From: Sedimentisphaerales bacterium
Lineage (GTDB): Bacteria; Planctomycetota; Phycisphaerae; Sedimentisphaerales; SM23-30
DNA length: 64,000 bases
Strand: one strand, 5' to 3'
Assembly: GCA_963666285.1 (NCBI GenBank)
Contig: OY762711.1
The notes under the pieces are model-generated. The model was not told the DNA's origin. It saw nothing but the letters and a program-made list of their open reading frames with translations, and searched no databases. The position numbers were made by a program, and so were the translations under genes. Positions 49,481 to 59,694 of the stretch are shown here, piece by piece; the stretch's first letter is position 1; each line of letters opens with the position of its first letter.

Positions 49481-49813
49481 GTTTGTTAAATTGTTTGGTG
49501 TATATTTTGCGAATGAATTTATCAGAGTGGATTTTAATATAATTAAGTTAAGTGTAAAAGTGAAAAAATGCATGCATAGTTGTTTATTTTGAATAGTTTA
49601 TGGAGAAAATTTTAAATTTCTCTTTAGTAAGGGTTGCAGATTTGGTATATTGAATTTTAAGTGAATATTTAATTGAGAATTTAATATGGAGAAGAAGGGT
49701 ATATGGTTTCTAATTCTTTTGTAATTATTTGTTAAATAGACGCTTATGTATGTGTGTGCATAGTTGTTTCTAATGTTTAATTCTAATATTATCTTAAAAA
49801 TGGAGTTACGAAA

Positions 49814-50887
49814 ATGAAGAAAATTGCTGGAATTGTGATTGTTTTGCTTGCATTAGCGATAAGTTCTGAAGCAGCGGTGAAATATGAACTGGTTGACCTG
49901 GGTGTCCTGGATGGTTATCAATATAGCTGTGCAAAAGGGATAAATGAAAATGGTCAGGTGGTAGGTTATTGTAGAAATAGCGAAAGTGAAACAGCTTTTG
50001 CATTTGTCTGGGATAGTGAAAATGGTATGGTAGCTCTTGGTGATCTGGGCGGCGGAGTAAGTGCAGCAAATGCAATAAACAATAACGGTCAGATAGTCGG
50101 AGTAAGTTCAAATGCGGATGGTAATTATGAAGCGTTTCTCTGGGACAGTGTGAACGGTATGGTTGGCCTGGGTGATTTTGGTGGTAATGATAGTAGAGCT
50201 GTTGATATAAATGACTATGGAGTAGTAGTTGGAAGCAGTGTCAATTTGTCAGGTCAGACGGAAGGTTTTGTCTATGATCCGGCTGAAGGCATGCAGGTAT
50301 TTAATTCTTTTGGTGGAAGCCATACCGAGGTATGGGCAATTAATAACTCAGGACAGATTACAGGTGTTGCTAGAAATTCCAGTGGCGTTATGACAGCTTA
50401 TACTTTTGATAGTGAGAGTGGTTTGACCGATCTTGGACATCTTGGTGGATACGTAAGTTATGGAAATGATATTAACGAAAATGGTACAGTTGTTGGCTGG
50501 AGCCATAATTTTACTGATGGACTTGAAGGGTTTGTTTATGAGAATTCTGATATGGATGGAATAGGCATAATAGGTTCAACTAGTAATTTATTTTCAATAA
50601 ATGACAATGGCCAGGGAGTTGGGTATGATTTGGTTAATGGAGTTGATGAGAGAGCACTATTTTATGATAGCGAATTGGGTTTAGTATATCTTGATGACCT
50701 TATTGATCCAACTTTAGGATGGCAATTAAATATTGCCTGGGATAATAATAATTCCGGTATGATAGTCGGCTATGGAACAAATGATCTTGGTATCGAACAT
50801 GCATTTCTGCTAACGCCAGTACCGGAGCCGGGAACAATATGCCTGATCGGTTTTGGCGGTCTGGCACTGCTGAGGAGAAAGAAATAA
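49814..50887 (+). CDS. PEP-CTERM protein with extracellular HAF-type repeats
   Basis: Repeated (A)INxxGQxVG..AFxWD..GMxxLG; C-terminal VPEPGT-hydrophobic-RRKK. Confidence 0.9.
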   Translation: MKKIAGIVIVLLALAISSEAAVKYELVDLGVLDGYQYSCAKGINENGQVVGYCRNSESETAFAFVWDSENGMVALGDLGGGVSAANAINNNGQIVGVSSNADGNYEAFLWDSVNGMVGLGDFGGNDSRAVDINDYGVVVGSSVNLSGQTEGFVYDPAEGMQVFNSFGGSHTEVWAINNSGQITGVARNSSGVMTAYTFDSESGLTDLGHLGGYVSYGNDINENGTVVGWSHNFTDGLEGFVYENSDMDGIGIIGSTSNLFSINDNGQGVGYDLVNGVDERALFYDSELGLVYLDDLIDPTLGWQLNIAWDNNNSGMIVGYGTNDLGIEHAFLLTPVPEPGTICLIGFGGLALLRRKK

Positions 50888-50921
50888 CATAACTCACTTA
50901 ATTTTGTAGTTATAAAAATTG

Positions 50922-50952
50922 ACAGGGCTTGCATTTATGCGGCCCTGTTTTT
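50922..50952 (+). terminator. Terminator
   Basis: ACAGGGCTTGCA..TGCGGCCCTGT followed by a T-tract. Confidence 0.65.
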
Positions 50953-51931
50953 ATTTGCGCAGTTTTTTATATATGACTGACAGTACCCGGGTGGGGAAAT
51001 GATACATAGCAAGCGGCAGGGCAAGGAAAGATATTTTTAGTGCATGAAACAGTATTCTGAAATTGTCTGTTGGTGCGATACAATTATCTTTTAGATTAAG
51101 TGCGAGCCTGGCCCATTCTGATACCTGGTGGTTAATCGCCGGTAATTTAATCTTAAATGGAGCTTTGTAGTTTTTTAGAATGAAGTTCACTACGGTTAGT
51201 ACTTCGATAATGTGTGATCCCTGGTTTGAGGTCATATGTGCGGCTCGTGCGGAATTGTGATGGATTAACCGCATCTGGTTTAGAGGCTGCGGCAGGTAGA
51301 ATATATCACCATAGCCAAGCATACGGGCCCAGGTCATCCAGTCACCGGTAAGTTTGAAATTTTCAGGCGCTCCGCCTGCTTTGCTGTAAATTTCTTTTCT
51401 GAAAAGTACCGCAGAGGCATTTACTATGCCGGATGTGGATACAGTTTGCCGGAAGCAGTCTTCTATACCCGGTAATATACAGTTAGGAGCCCTGAAGTCA
51501 GGGTATTTAACTTCATAGTTGTAGAGAATATTATTTTCCTGATCGATAATCTCTGACTGGCATTTCACCAGAGCCAGGCTTGGGTTCTGGTCGAGTACCG
51601 GAACAAGTATCTCGAGGAATTCCGGGTAAGCATAGTCGTCAGATTCAGCAAACCAGATAAATTCACCGGATGCGAGAGAAACCCCTTTATTCCACTGGGG
51701 AAAAGTGCTGCCGGAATTTTGCCGGTTGTAAACAATATTGGTTACTTTTGGATTATTGCGGTATTTTTCGATTATGTCTCGACTGTTGTCGACCGAACAG
51801 TCATCAAGAATAATAACTTCAAAATCAGGATAAGTTTGCGAAAGAACAGAGTCAATCCGCCGCTTTAGGAACTGAGCGTGGTTGTAGTTTGGTATGACAA
51901 CAGAAACTTTTGGCGGTTTATTTTCCAACAC
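50951..51931 (-). CDS. Glycosyltransferase family 2
   Basis: VSVVIPNYNH, ILDDCS, AESDD; probable GTG start 51931 (ORF extends to 51973). Confidence 0.9.
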   Translation of the reverse strand: MLENKPPKVSVVIPNYNHAQFLKRRIDSVLSQTYPDFEVIILDDCSVDNSRDIIEKYRNNPKVTNIVYNRQNSGSTFPQWNKGVSLASGEFIWFAESDDYAYPEFLEILVPVLDQNPSLALVKCQSEIIDQENNILYNYEVKYPDFRAPNCILPGIEDCFRQTVSTSGIVNASAVLFRKEIYSKAGGAPENFKLTGDWMTWARMLGYGDIFYLPQPLNQMRLIHHNSARAAHMTSNQGSHIIEVLTVVNFILKNYKAPFKIKLPAINHQVSEWARLALNLKDNCIAPTDNFRILFHALKISFLALPLAMYHFPTRVLSVIYKKLRK

Positions 51932-53060
51932 ATTCTCCGATGATAGTTTCAATCTGGCCGACATAATTATCAACAGTATAAGTTTCTTTAGCGTATTCTC
52001 TGGCGTTTTGGGCTATTTTGAGTGCCTGGTCGTAGTTGTTGTAAACCCAGGTGATTTTATGGGCCCATTCTGCAGGATCTTTGGGTTTTGCCAGAAAGCC
52101 GTTTTGCCCGTCATTTATAATTTCCGGTATTCCTCCTGCATTGGCGACAATAACCGGCAGACCTGAGAGCATCGCTTCAACAACAACACGCCCCCATGGC
52201 TCATCGTTTGAAGGAACAAGCATAATGTTAGAGTTTGTCATGTAATCTTGAATGTTGTCAACGTGACTAATAAAATTTATATTATCTGTAATATCTTCGT
52301 TTTTACATATACACTTTAACTCCTCAATGTATTTACTTGGGGTTCCAATTATATTAAAAACGATATTTTTCCCGAATTGATTATCTTTTAACAAGAGGCC
52401 AATTGCTCTTAATGCCGTATCAATTCCTTTACGCTTAATTACAGTACCAGCAAACAATAGTACAAATGGATCTTTTTTACATATTGCTTTGTCGCTTATT
52501 GGAAAGTCTACATAATTATTAACAATATGAGTTTTAGAAGCAATCTTTGGTGAAAATTGCTTACTAACTGCTTTAGATATTACAATCATCTCTTTGCAGT
52601 TAATTTCAGTATAATTCAAAGTCTTATTAAGAGATAATACAGGTGTTAGGTCTGGATTGTTAGGTAAAATCTCTCTAATATGCCAAATATGTGGTAAGTT
52701 AAGCATTTTGGCAAGTTTAGCCCCGGTACGGTTGGCGATAGTGTTAGAGTATATAATATCTATATTGTTTTTGCCGGCAACAGGTATAAGCTGTTTAACG
52801 GCTTTGTTTTCTTCAAGTATAACCCGCAAGGGTTCTAGAAACCTCTTTTTCTCCCAGTTAACCCAGCGCGGCATAGATATTATCTGGTAGTTGATATCTA
52901 TTTCCCGGAGTTGTTTTACCATAGGTCCATTTTGCGGAATGATCACCAGTGGCTGAAAACGCGAGCGGTCAATATGCTTTAGCAGTGTAATAAAGCTTTT
53001 TTCGGCACCATGACATCCGGCAGAGTGTGAAACAAACAGTATGTTAATTTTTTTAGACAT
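51918..53060 (-). CDS. Glycosyltransferase family 4
   Basis: GAEKS, HIWHIRE, EPWGRVVVEAM..GLPVI. Confidence 0.9.
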   Translation of the reverse strand: MSKKINILFVSHSAGCHGAEKSFITLLKHIDRSRFQPLVIIPQNGPMVKQLREIDINYQIISMPRWVNWEKKRFLEPLRVILEENKAVKQLIPVAGKNNIDIIYSNTIANRTGAKLAKMLNLPHIWHIREILPNNPDLTPVLSLNKTLNYTEINCKEMIVISKAVSKQFSPKIASKTHIVNNYVDFPISDKAICKKDPFVLLFAGTVIKRKGIDTALRAIGLLLKDNQFGKNIVFNIIGTPSKYIEELKCICKNEDITDNINFISHVDNIQDYMTNSNIMLVPSNDEPWGRVVVEAMLSGLPVIVANAGGIPEIINDGQNGFLAKPKDPAEWAHKITWVYNNYDQALKIAQNAREYAKETYTVDNYVGQIETIIGECVGK

Positions 53061-53126
53061 AAGTTCTGTAGTAAATGGTTATATCATAAAAACATGTAAT
53101 CTATAGTTTATCAATAAATATTATAA

Positions 53127-54131
53127 TTATAATCCAAATATATTCTGCAATCTTACAAGTTTTTTCAATTTCATAATAATAATGTCAAATGTGCGTTTAA
53201 TGGTTGCTAAAAACAAATAAAATGCAAGCAGAAAACTAGTCGAAGATATAATATATGTAATCGAGACAAAGTCTTTGAATTTTATTAATTGTTTTGCGAT
53301 ATTACAGAGTTCTTTTATATACACCTGGAGAGGTTTCTTGAAAGTTTCCAGAGTATATCCGGCAGATGGTTTGAAATTTTTAACGATATATTTCATTACA
53401 ATAAAGAATTCTCTGTGGTATCGGCCCCTGTTTTTGTCCAGGTACTGGATACGGGCAGAATTATTGTGCATTTCTCGCATAAAGTTAAGCGGCTCTGCGA
53501 TATGTGCAAGTTTGCATGACTTTAGCATTTGGATCCAGGTCATCCAGTCGCCGGAATATTTGAATGATTCACAGGCATATCCGGAACTGACATATATATC
53601 TTTACGAAAAACAATGCCGCTGGCATTTGGAAATGAGGTTCTGTATTTCATTTGCAGCAGGCAGTCTTCTCGACCATCAATTATGAAAGAGTTGGACCAG
53701 TTACGTTCTCTTTGGTACTCCCATATATCGAGCTGATTGTCATTTTCGTCAATCATCCTGGTAAGAGTCTTGACGATGCCGACATCCGGATTGGAATTAA
53801 GAGTTTCGACAGTTTTGGCAAGGAAAGTTGTGTCAGCCTGGTCGTCGGATTCGGCTATCCATATATATTTACCGCGAGCAAGTTTAACGCCTTTGTTCCA
53901 CTGGATGAACGGACTGCCGGAATTAGAGCTGTTATAGACTATTTCAGATACTTTTGGGTTATTTCTATATTGTTCGATAATTTCCCGGCTATTGTCGGAA
54001 GAACAATCGTCGAGAATGATAATTTCATAATCAGTATACGATTGAGCCAGTACAGACTCTAACCGCCGGGCCAGGAACGGGGCATGGTTATAGTTTGGTA
54101 TAATAATCGATACTTTTGGGGTGCTGCTCAT
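53127..54131 (-). CDS. Glycosyltransferase family 2
   Basis: VSIIIPNYNH, ILDDCS, AESDD. Confidence 0.9.
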   Translation of the reverse strand: MSSTPKVSIIIPNYNHAPFLARRLESVLAQSYTDYEIIILDDCSSDNSREIIEQYRNNPKVSEIVYNSSNSGSPFIQWNKGVKLARGKYIWIAESDDQADTTFLAKTVETLNSNPDVGIVKTLTRMIDENDNQLDIWEYQRERNWSNSFIIDGREDCLLQMKYRTSFPNASGIVFRKDIYVSSGYACESFKYSGDWMTWIQMLKSCKLAHIAEPLNFMREMHNNSARIQYLDKNRGRYHREFFIVMKYIVKNFKPSAGYTLETFKKPLQVYIKELCNIAKQLIKFKDFVSITYIISSTSFLLAFYLFLATIKRTFDIIIMKLKKLVRLQNIFGL

Positions 54132-55276
54132 TATCTATAAAGTTCAAAAATATTTTGTACGTATGTAATATTGTTTTCCAGTGAGAATTTGGTTTTTACG
54201 ATTTTTTTTCCATTTTCAGCATATTGACATGCATCGGAGTAGTTATTGTATGTCCAAATGATTTTTTCGGTCCATTGCCTGATGTTACCCGGTTCGGCAA
54301 GTAAACCGGTCTTTCCGTCAGAGATGCTTTCCAGTATTCCTCCGGCTTTGGCACCAATAACCGGCAAACCGGAAAGTAGAGCTTCGGCAACGACTCTACC
54401 CCAGGGCTCTTCGTGTGATGGTACCAGGAGAATGTGAGAGTTTTTTAGATATTCAAAAACGTTATCTTTCTGACCGACGAATGAGATACTTTCGCTTACG
54501 TTAAGTTCTTTTGCGAGTTTTTCAAGGTTTTTTCTATAACGTCCTTCTCCAACAACAGTAAGCGAAACCGGTACAGGCAGCGGGTTGTTAGTTTTTATTT
54601 CTGTCAGTGTATGTATTAGGGTGTCGATTCCTTTTCGTTTTATAATGCTACCCATATAGAGCAGCCTTAACTCATTGTCAGGAGTGTTGTTGTGAGTGGT
54701 TTCCGGAAATTCGACCGAATCGTAAACGATCTTGATTTTGTCGGAATGTGAATTTTGGAATTGAACTGAAGTTGCGTTTGAAATAGAAATAATTGTGTCG
54801 GAATGACTTATTACATATTTAAGGGTTTTGTCAATGGATTTAACAGGGAAGAAATCCGGGTTGTTCGGCAGGATTTCCCTGATATGCCAGATATGCGGTA
54901 TTTTATATTTTGCAGCAGTGACAGCTCCGGCAAAAATTACCATGGTGTTGGTATATATTATATCAGGTTTTTCTTGTTTAATTATAGCTTTAAGTTGTTT
55001 TTGGGCTTTCCATTCTTCCTTAAGATTTTTTAAATAGTTGTATTTTACACAAGGTAAACCAGTAATCCATTTGGGGAAATCTATCATATAATTTTTGATA
55101 TTAAGCTTCTCAAATTCACTAACCAGTGGCCCTTCTTCTCGTGAGATAACGACGAGTTCGTACTGGGAACGGTTATAGTTTTTTAATATGGTAAGAAAAC
55201 ATCTTTCAGCGCCGTATATGCCGGAACTGTGAGAAAAGCAAAGTATTTTTAGTTTATTATTAGCTGTTTGTTTCAT
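54131..55276 (-). CDS. Glycosyltransferase family 4
   Basis: GAERC, HIWHIRE, EPWGRVVAEAL. Confidence 0.9.
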   Translation of the reverse strand: MKQTANNKLKILCFSHSSGIYGAERCFLTILKNYNRSQYELVVISREEGPLVSEFEKLNIKNYMIDFPKWITGLPCVKYNYLKNLKEEWKAQKQLKAIIKQEKPDIIYTNTMVIFAGAVTAAKYKIPHIWHIREILPNNPDFFPVKSIDKTLKYVISHSDTIISISNATSVQFQNSHSDKIKIVYDSVEFPETTHNNTPDNELRLLYMGSIIKRKGIDTLIHTLTEIKTNNPLPVPVSLTVVGEGRYRKNLEKLAKELNVSESISFVGQKDNVFEYLKNSHILLVPSHEEPWGRVVAEALLSGLPVIGAKAGGILESISDGKTGLLAEPGNIRQWTEKIIWTYNNYSDACQYAENGKKIVKTKFSLENNITYVQNIFELYR

Positions 55277-55285
55277 AATAGAATA

Positions 55286-56887
55286 TTACATATATCCCAG
55301 GTCTTTTAGCCTTTGTTCGACGTCATTTCTTTCGTTGCTCGAAAATGACTCTTTTTGGAGTGAGTTATTTTCAATAGACACGGTTATCTGCTCAGCTGAG
55401 TCGATGGAATCGGAGTTACTGAACAGATGCTTTAATTTCTTACCATCAAAAGTACCGTTTGGAATAGAGATACCAAGCAGCCATAAAATGGTAGGGGTAA
55501 GGTCGAGAATGTTGTTTGTATTGTATTGGCCGGGTTTAATGCCGGGGCCATTAATTGCGAAAATTCCGTCCTGATGGTGGGTTCCGATATGGATTGTTGT
55601 ATCCATATCGGTTTCTATGAACAGGCTGTCGCTGTTTTCGTGGAAAACACAGCTCCATTTATCTATCGGAACCATTGTTATATCAGGCATTGTGTCAAGG
55701 TTTTCACCATGGAAGATTTCATTTTTGCGATAAATATTAGCGAATACTTTTTTACCGTCAAATTCGAGATCATTCAGTTTTTCTATTATTTCATTTACTA
55801 GTTTACTTTTTTTCTGCAGATCCTGTTCGATAATGGTTAGAAAGCCTTCCCGGCAGCCGCCGGAGTACAAAATTTGATTTTCAACCTGTTCCTGTTTAAG
55901 ATTAAGCTGATGTTCGAGCCTGGCAACATTTTTCTTTGGGATAAATGACCTGGCAATTTTACCAATTCCTATTTTTTTTGCAAAAGCAATTGCAGGGTTA
56001 GGCTTTACTGGTTTTGGATGTGGTTTGACATATCCCTGCTCAATTAGCCATTTGCCCATGTTTACCTGGAAAACATTAGATTGAAAGCCGTGGTCAGACA
56101 TTAAAACGACATATGAATCGTCTCCCATCCTGCTTTTGAATGTATCGACAATTTTACCAATATTTGCATCCAGGTGAGAGTAGAATTTGTCGAATATCTT
56201 GTTCTGTTTTTCTGGTGAAAACAGTTTATGCTCAGGGTCCAGGTAACCCCACAGACCATGCTGGATAATGTCAGAGGCATGGTAATGGATCATAAACAGG
56301 TCGTAATCCCTGGAATTTACAAGAAACTGTCCGGCTTTGAGTCTGTAATCCAGGTTTGTTTTCATCATGTTTATAAATTCATCGAGAGAATTTTCAGCCG
56401 GCGAAACCGCTACATTACTCAGGTTTAGAATGTTATAATCCGGTATTGCCGTAAGCAGCTCATTTTTCAGTTCTGGCGGCCAGGTGAAATTACTGGAAAG
56501 CCCAGGTGTAAGCAGACCGCATACCATTTCTCCGTTAATTTTTCGGGGAGGGTATGTCATCGGAACGTTCAGAACCCCGACTCGTTTGCCGGCAGTACCT
56601 GCAATTTCCCAGATCGTGTTTTTTAGCATATCAGAGCTTACCAGCTGGCGTTTACCATTTTGATCCCAGTATTTGAAATCGTAGATACCATTCTGGCCGG
56701 GGTTACGTCCGGTTTGAAAACTGCCCCATGCAGCAGGGGTAATCGCCGGAATGACCGAGCTAAGCCGACTGGATGCACCATTTTGTGTAAATTGGCTAAG
56801 GTAGGGCATAAAACCTGCTTCCATAGCGGGTTTGAGGACATCCCACGTTCCTCCATCTATGCCTATGATTAGTACCTTGTTGCTCAT
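55286..56887 (-). CDS. Alkaline-phosphatase-superfamily phosphodiesterase/nucleotide pyrophosphatase
   Basis: IIGIDGGT, TGRNPG, NVPMTYP, MSDHGF, DLTPTIL, RLKDLGY. Confidence 0.88.
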   Translation of the reverse strand: MSNKVLIIGIDGGTWDVLKPAMEAGFMPYLSQFTQNGASSRLSSVIPAITPAAWGSFQTGRNPGQNGIYDFKYWDQNGKRQLVSSDMLKNTIWEIAGTAGKRVGVLNVPMTYPPRKINGEMVCGLLTPGLSSNFTWPPELKNELLTAIPDYNILNLSNVAVSPAENSLDEFINMMKTNLDYRLKAGQFLVNSRDYDLFMIHYHASDIIQHGLWGYLDPEHKLFSPEKQNKIFDKFYSHLDANIGKIVDTFKSRMGDDSYVVLMSDHGFQSNVFQVNMGKWLIEQGYVKPHPKPVKPNPAIAFAKKIGIGKIARSFIPKKNVARLEHQLNLKQEQVENQILYSGGCREGFLTIIEQDLQKKSKLVNEIIEKLNDLEFDGKKVFANIYRKNEIFHGENLDTMPDITMVPIDKWSCVFHENSDSLFIETDMDTTIHIGTHHQDGIFAINGPGIKPGQYNTNNILDLTPTILWLLGISIPNGTFDGKKLKHLFSNSDSIDSAEQITVSIENNSLQKESFSSNERNDVEQRLKDLGYM

Positions 56888-56945
56888 TTAAACCTCTTAT
56901 CAATAATAGCTTGAACGTAGTATAACCGGAACAAACGATTTTTTC

Positions 56946-58094
56946 TTATTTACATACATTAATCAGTACATTTTCTAGTTTATCAACTTGATCTGGTGTA
57001 TTGAATTTAGATAGCATGTGCTCTCTGGCAGCTACACCCATAATTTTTCTTGTTTCGGGGTCTGACGCAAGTAATATCATTTTATCTGCCATATCATTAT
57101 AGTCTTTTTCCTTTACTAGAAAACCAGTAATATTATTTTTAACCAAGTCAGGTATTCCGGCATGCCAGGTTGAAATAACAGGTAGACCAGCTGCAGCAGC
57201 TTCTGCAATAGAAACTGGGGAACCTTCAGTGTCACCGTCTGAAGAGATTATTGAATGTTGAACAAATATATCTGCCTGATAAAGTATCTCTTTAACTTTA
57301 TCAGGCGGCAGTTCTCCAATCAGGTGAATATTGCTTGAATATTTACTTTTTTGAGCTATATCTGTAATTTTGTTTTTAAGCGGTCCGTCACCAATAATGT
57401 CAAGCCTGGCCTCAATATTATTTCGGGCAAGGTCAAAAGCTTTTATTGTATATTCCAGTCCTTTCTTTTCTACCAGCCTGGATATAGCTACAAATGTTGT
57501 TTTTTGTTTTGGTTTTCTTTCAACGTACTCAAACTCATCGACCGGAACACCGCAGGGGATAAGATGAACTTTTTCTGGTGAAATGCCTTGCTCTTTCATC
57601 CATTGTTTTTGGTGGGAGCCTACAACTACGATCGCAGCGAACTTGTCCAGATGTTGTAAAAGCTCTTTTTTGTATTTAGCATCAGTTTTCAGCATTGCGC
57701 TGAGATCTCTACCGTGAAAATGGCATACAGTCGGTATATTTCTTTCCAGGGCGAAAGGTAATAATTCAATCCCTACCGGCCCAAACTGGCAAAGCAGAAT
57801 ATCCGGCATGATATGGTCCAGCCATTTAGTAATTTCCTGCCAGAAGGGGGTTGGTTTTGTGAAATTATTCAGAAAATGCCATTTTTTTTGGAAGAATCTG
57901 AAGGCTCTTATATTAGATAATGGTTTACTTATCTGGCTGATTGTTGTAGTGTTGGAAAAAGGAAATTGATCCTGATTGAAGTAGTTCCAGGTCAAAACTT
58001 TGGTAGAAAATTTGCTTATACCTATCAGCTGGCGGTACATCCAGACTTCAGAGGAATATCCCAGGTTTCGAGTTATGAATCCAAGTTTGAGCAT
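56946..58094 (-). CDS. Glycosyltransferase family 4 (WcaL-like)
   Basis: FHGRD, RLVEKKG, GDTEGSPVSIAEA..GLPVIST.HAGIP. Confidence 0.9.
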   Translation of the reverse strand: MLKLGFITRNLGYSSEVWMYRQLIGISKFSTKVLTWNYFNQDQFPFSNTTTISQISKPLSNIRAFRFFQKKWHFLNNFTKPTPFWQEITKWLDHIMPDILLCQFGPVGIELLPFALERNIPTVCHFHGRDLSAMLKTDAKYKKELLQHLDKFAAIVVVGSHQKQWMKEQGISPEKVHLIPCGVPVDEFEYVERKPKQKTTFVAISRLVEKKGLEYTIKAFDLARNNIEARLDIIGDGPLKNKITDIAQKSKYSSNIHLIGELPPDKVKEILYQADIFVQHSIISSDGDTEGSPVSIAEAAAAGLPVISTWHAGIPDLVKNNITGFLVKEKDYNDMADKMILLASDPETRKIMGVAAREHMLSKFNTPDQVDKLENVLINVCK

Positions 58095-58165
58095 ATGCTT
58101 TTTCTTTAGCCTATTAAAATATTTAATGAATTAAGTATTCCTTTGCCAGGATGTTTCAGGATTAT

Positions 58166-59674
58166 CTATTTCCTATTTTTAAAAATCCCACCTTTGATGA
58201 ATATATGTTTGAATCTATGTAAATTTCCAATTATTTTATCTTTTGAAAGGCTATCGATAATTCTTAATAATTTGCTGCTTTGAAGCTTACTGCTTTTTGT
58301 GAGCTTATAAATATCACAAAGTGATTTACGGCCTTTATACACATTATAGTAGATCCAAACATATTCTCGCTCGATTTGCTTTTTAGAAAAGTTTGGTAAA
58401 TCTAAAAAAGCATGCTGACGTTCATATTTTGAATTTGTTATTTTAGGCAAAAGGTTTTGTTCCTGACATATCTGGAATAAACGTGTCCCTGGATATGGGA
58501 AGAAGATAGAATCATAAAGGTAATCCGGCTGACTTATTCTCAGGCATTTGATAGTTTCCTTAAAATCAGAATGAGTTTCACCGGGAATACCAATTAAAAC
58601 ATATATTTTAGTTTTTAGCCCGTACTCGCGTGCTTTATCCATAGCTTCATAGTATTGTTCATTTGAATATCGCCTATTGAGTATTTCATACCTTACTTTT
58701 TCACTTCCAGATTCCAGTCCGATGCATATATTGTCGAAATTAGCCTTTTTCATTGCAGAAAAAAGCTGGTCGTAATTAATATTTGGTGCAATTCTTAGGT
58801 TAACTCCAAAACTTATAGGTTTGATTCTTTTACTGTTGAATTGTTCAAGGTGCTGACAAAGGTTAAGTGCATATTTGATATTAACACCAATGGTTTCTAC
58901 CCTGAATTGCATATGATCTAAGTTAGGAAATAGGGAAGTAAGCCTGTTAAGTTCTTCGACAATGATTTTAGGAGATCTAAAACGGACATATTTTGAGTCG
59001 GCTAATTTTTTTAAGGCATGATTACAACAGTAGGTACATTCAAAAGGGCAACCTCTACCAAGTAATATCTGATGAAAGTCGTTTGGGTTTTCAATCCATT
59101 TTTGCCACATTTGTATGTTAGGAAGAGGCAATTCATCAAGGTCTTCAATGAAACTTCGATTAGGATTTTTTTCAATATTCCCGTTATTATTAAACCAGAT
59201 GTTTTTAATTTTGCTTGGAGTTTTATTATTTTCCAGCGTTTCAACTAGCTCAAGTAAAGGGTATTCACCTTCGTTTACGCAAACAGCATCAAAACCATCT
59301 TTAATAGCATCATTAGGATTTAAGCTTACATGAACACCACCTATAATTTGATAAATATTGGGGAATTTTGATTTGATGTATTTAGCAGTTTCTACTATTA
59401 TGTCGTATTCGCTGAAAACAGAAGTAAAAGACACTATTTGAGGGGCAAAAGTTGCAATGTAGTCTTCAATAAAACTGTTTTGAGTCTTTTGGCATATTGC
59501 AAGTAAATCAACCTCATGGCCGTGGTATTCAAGTAAAGAAGCTATTGAAGATATCCCAAATTGTATCCTGCTTTGATTTGACAAAGGAGTTATTGGGTTG
59601 CTTGACATTTTATTGCTAATTACAAAAAGAATTTTCATTATAAGTTTTTCTCGTGTAACGTTATATTTGTGCAT
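58166..59674 (-). CDS. B12-binding domain radical SAM protein
   Basis: IIGGVH, EGE, RGCPFECTYC, GLESGS, GIPGET; alternative start 59638. Confidence 0.9.
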   Translation of the reverse strand: MHKYNVTREKLIMKILFVISNKMSSNPITPLSNQSRIQFGISSIASLLEYHGHEVDLLAICQKTQNSFIEDYIATFAPQIVSFTSVFSEYDIIVETAKYIKSKFPNIYQIIGGVHVSLNPNDAIKDGFDAVCVNEGEYPLLELVETLENNKTPSKIKNIWFNNNGNIEKNPNRSFIEDLDELPLPNIQMWQKWIENPNDFHQILLGRGCPFECTYCCNHALKKLADSKYVRFRSPKIIVEELNRLTSLFPNLDHMQFRVETIGVNIKYALNLCQHLEQFNSKRIKPISFGVNLRIAPNINYDQLFSAMKKANFDNICIGLESGSEKVRYEILNRRYSNEQYYEAMDKAREYGLKTKIYVLIGIPGETHSDFKETIKCLRISQPDYLYDSIFFPYPGTRLFQICQEQNLLPKITNSKYERQHAFLDLPNFSKKQIEREYVWIYYNVYKGRKSLCDIYKLTKSSKLQSSKLLRIIDSLSKDKIIGNLHRFKHIFIKGGIFKNRK

Positions 59675-59694
59675 AAAAGATTGTATTTTACATC

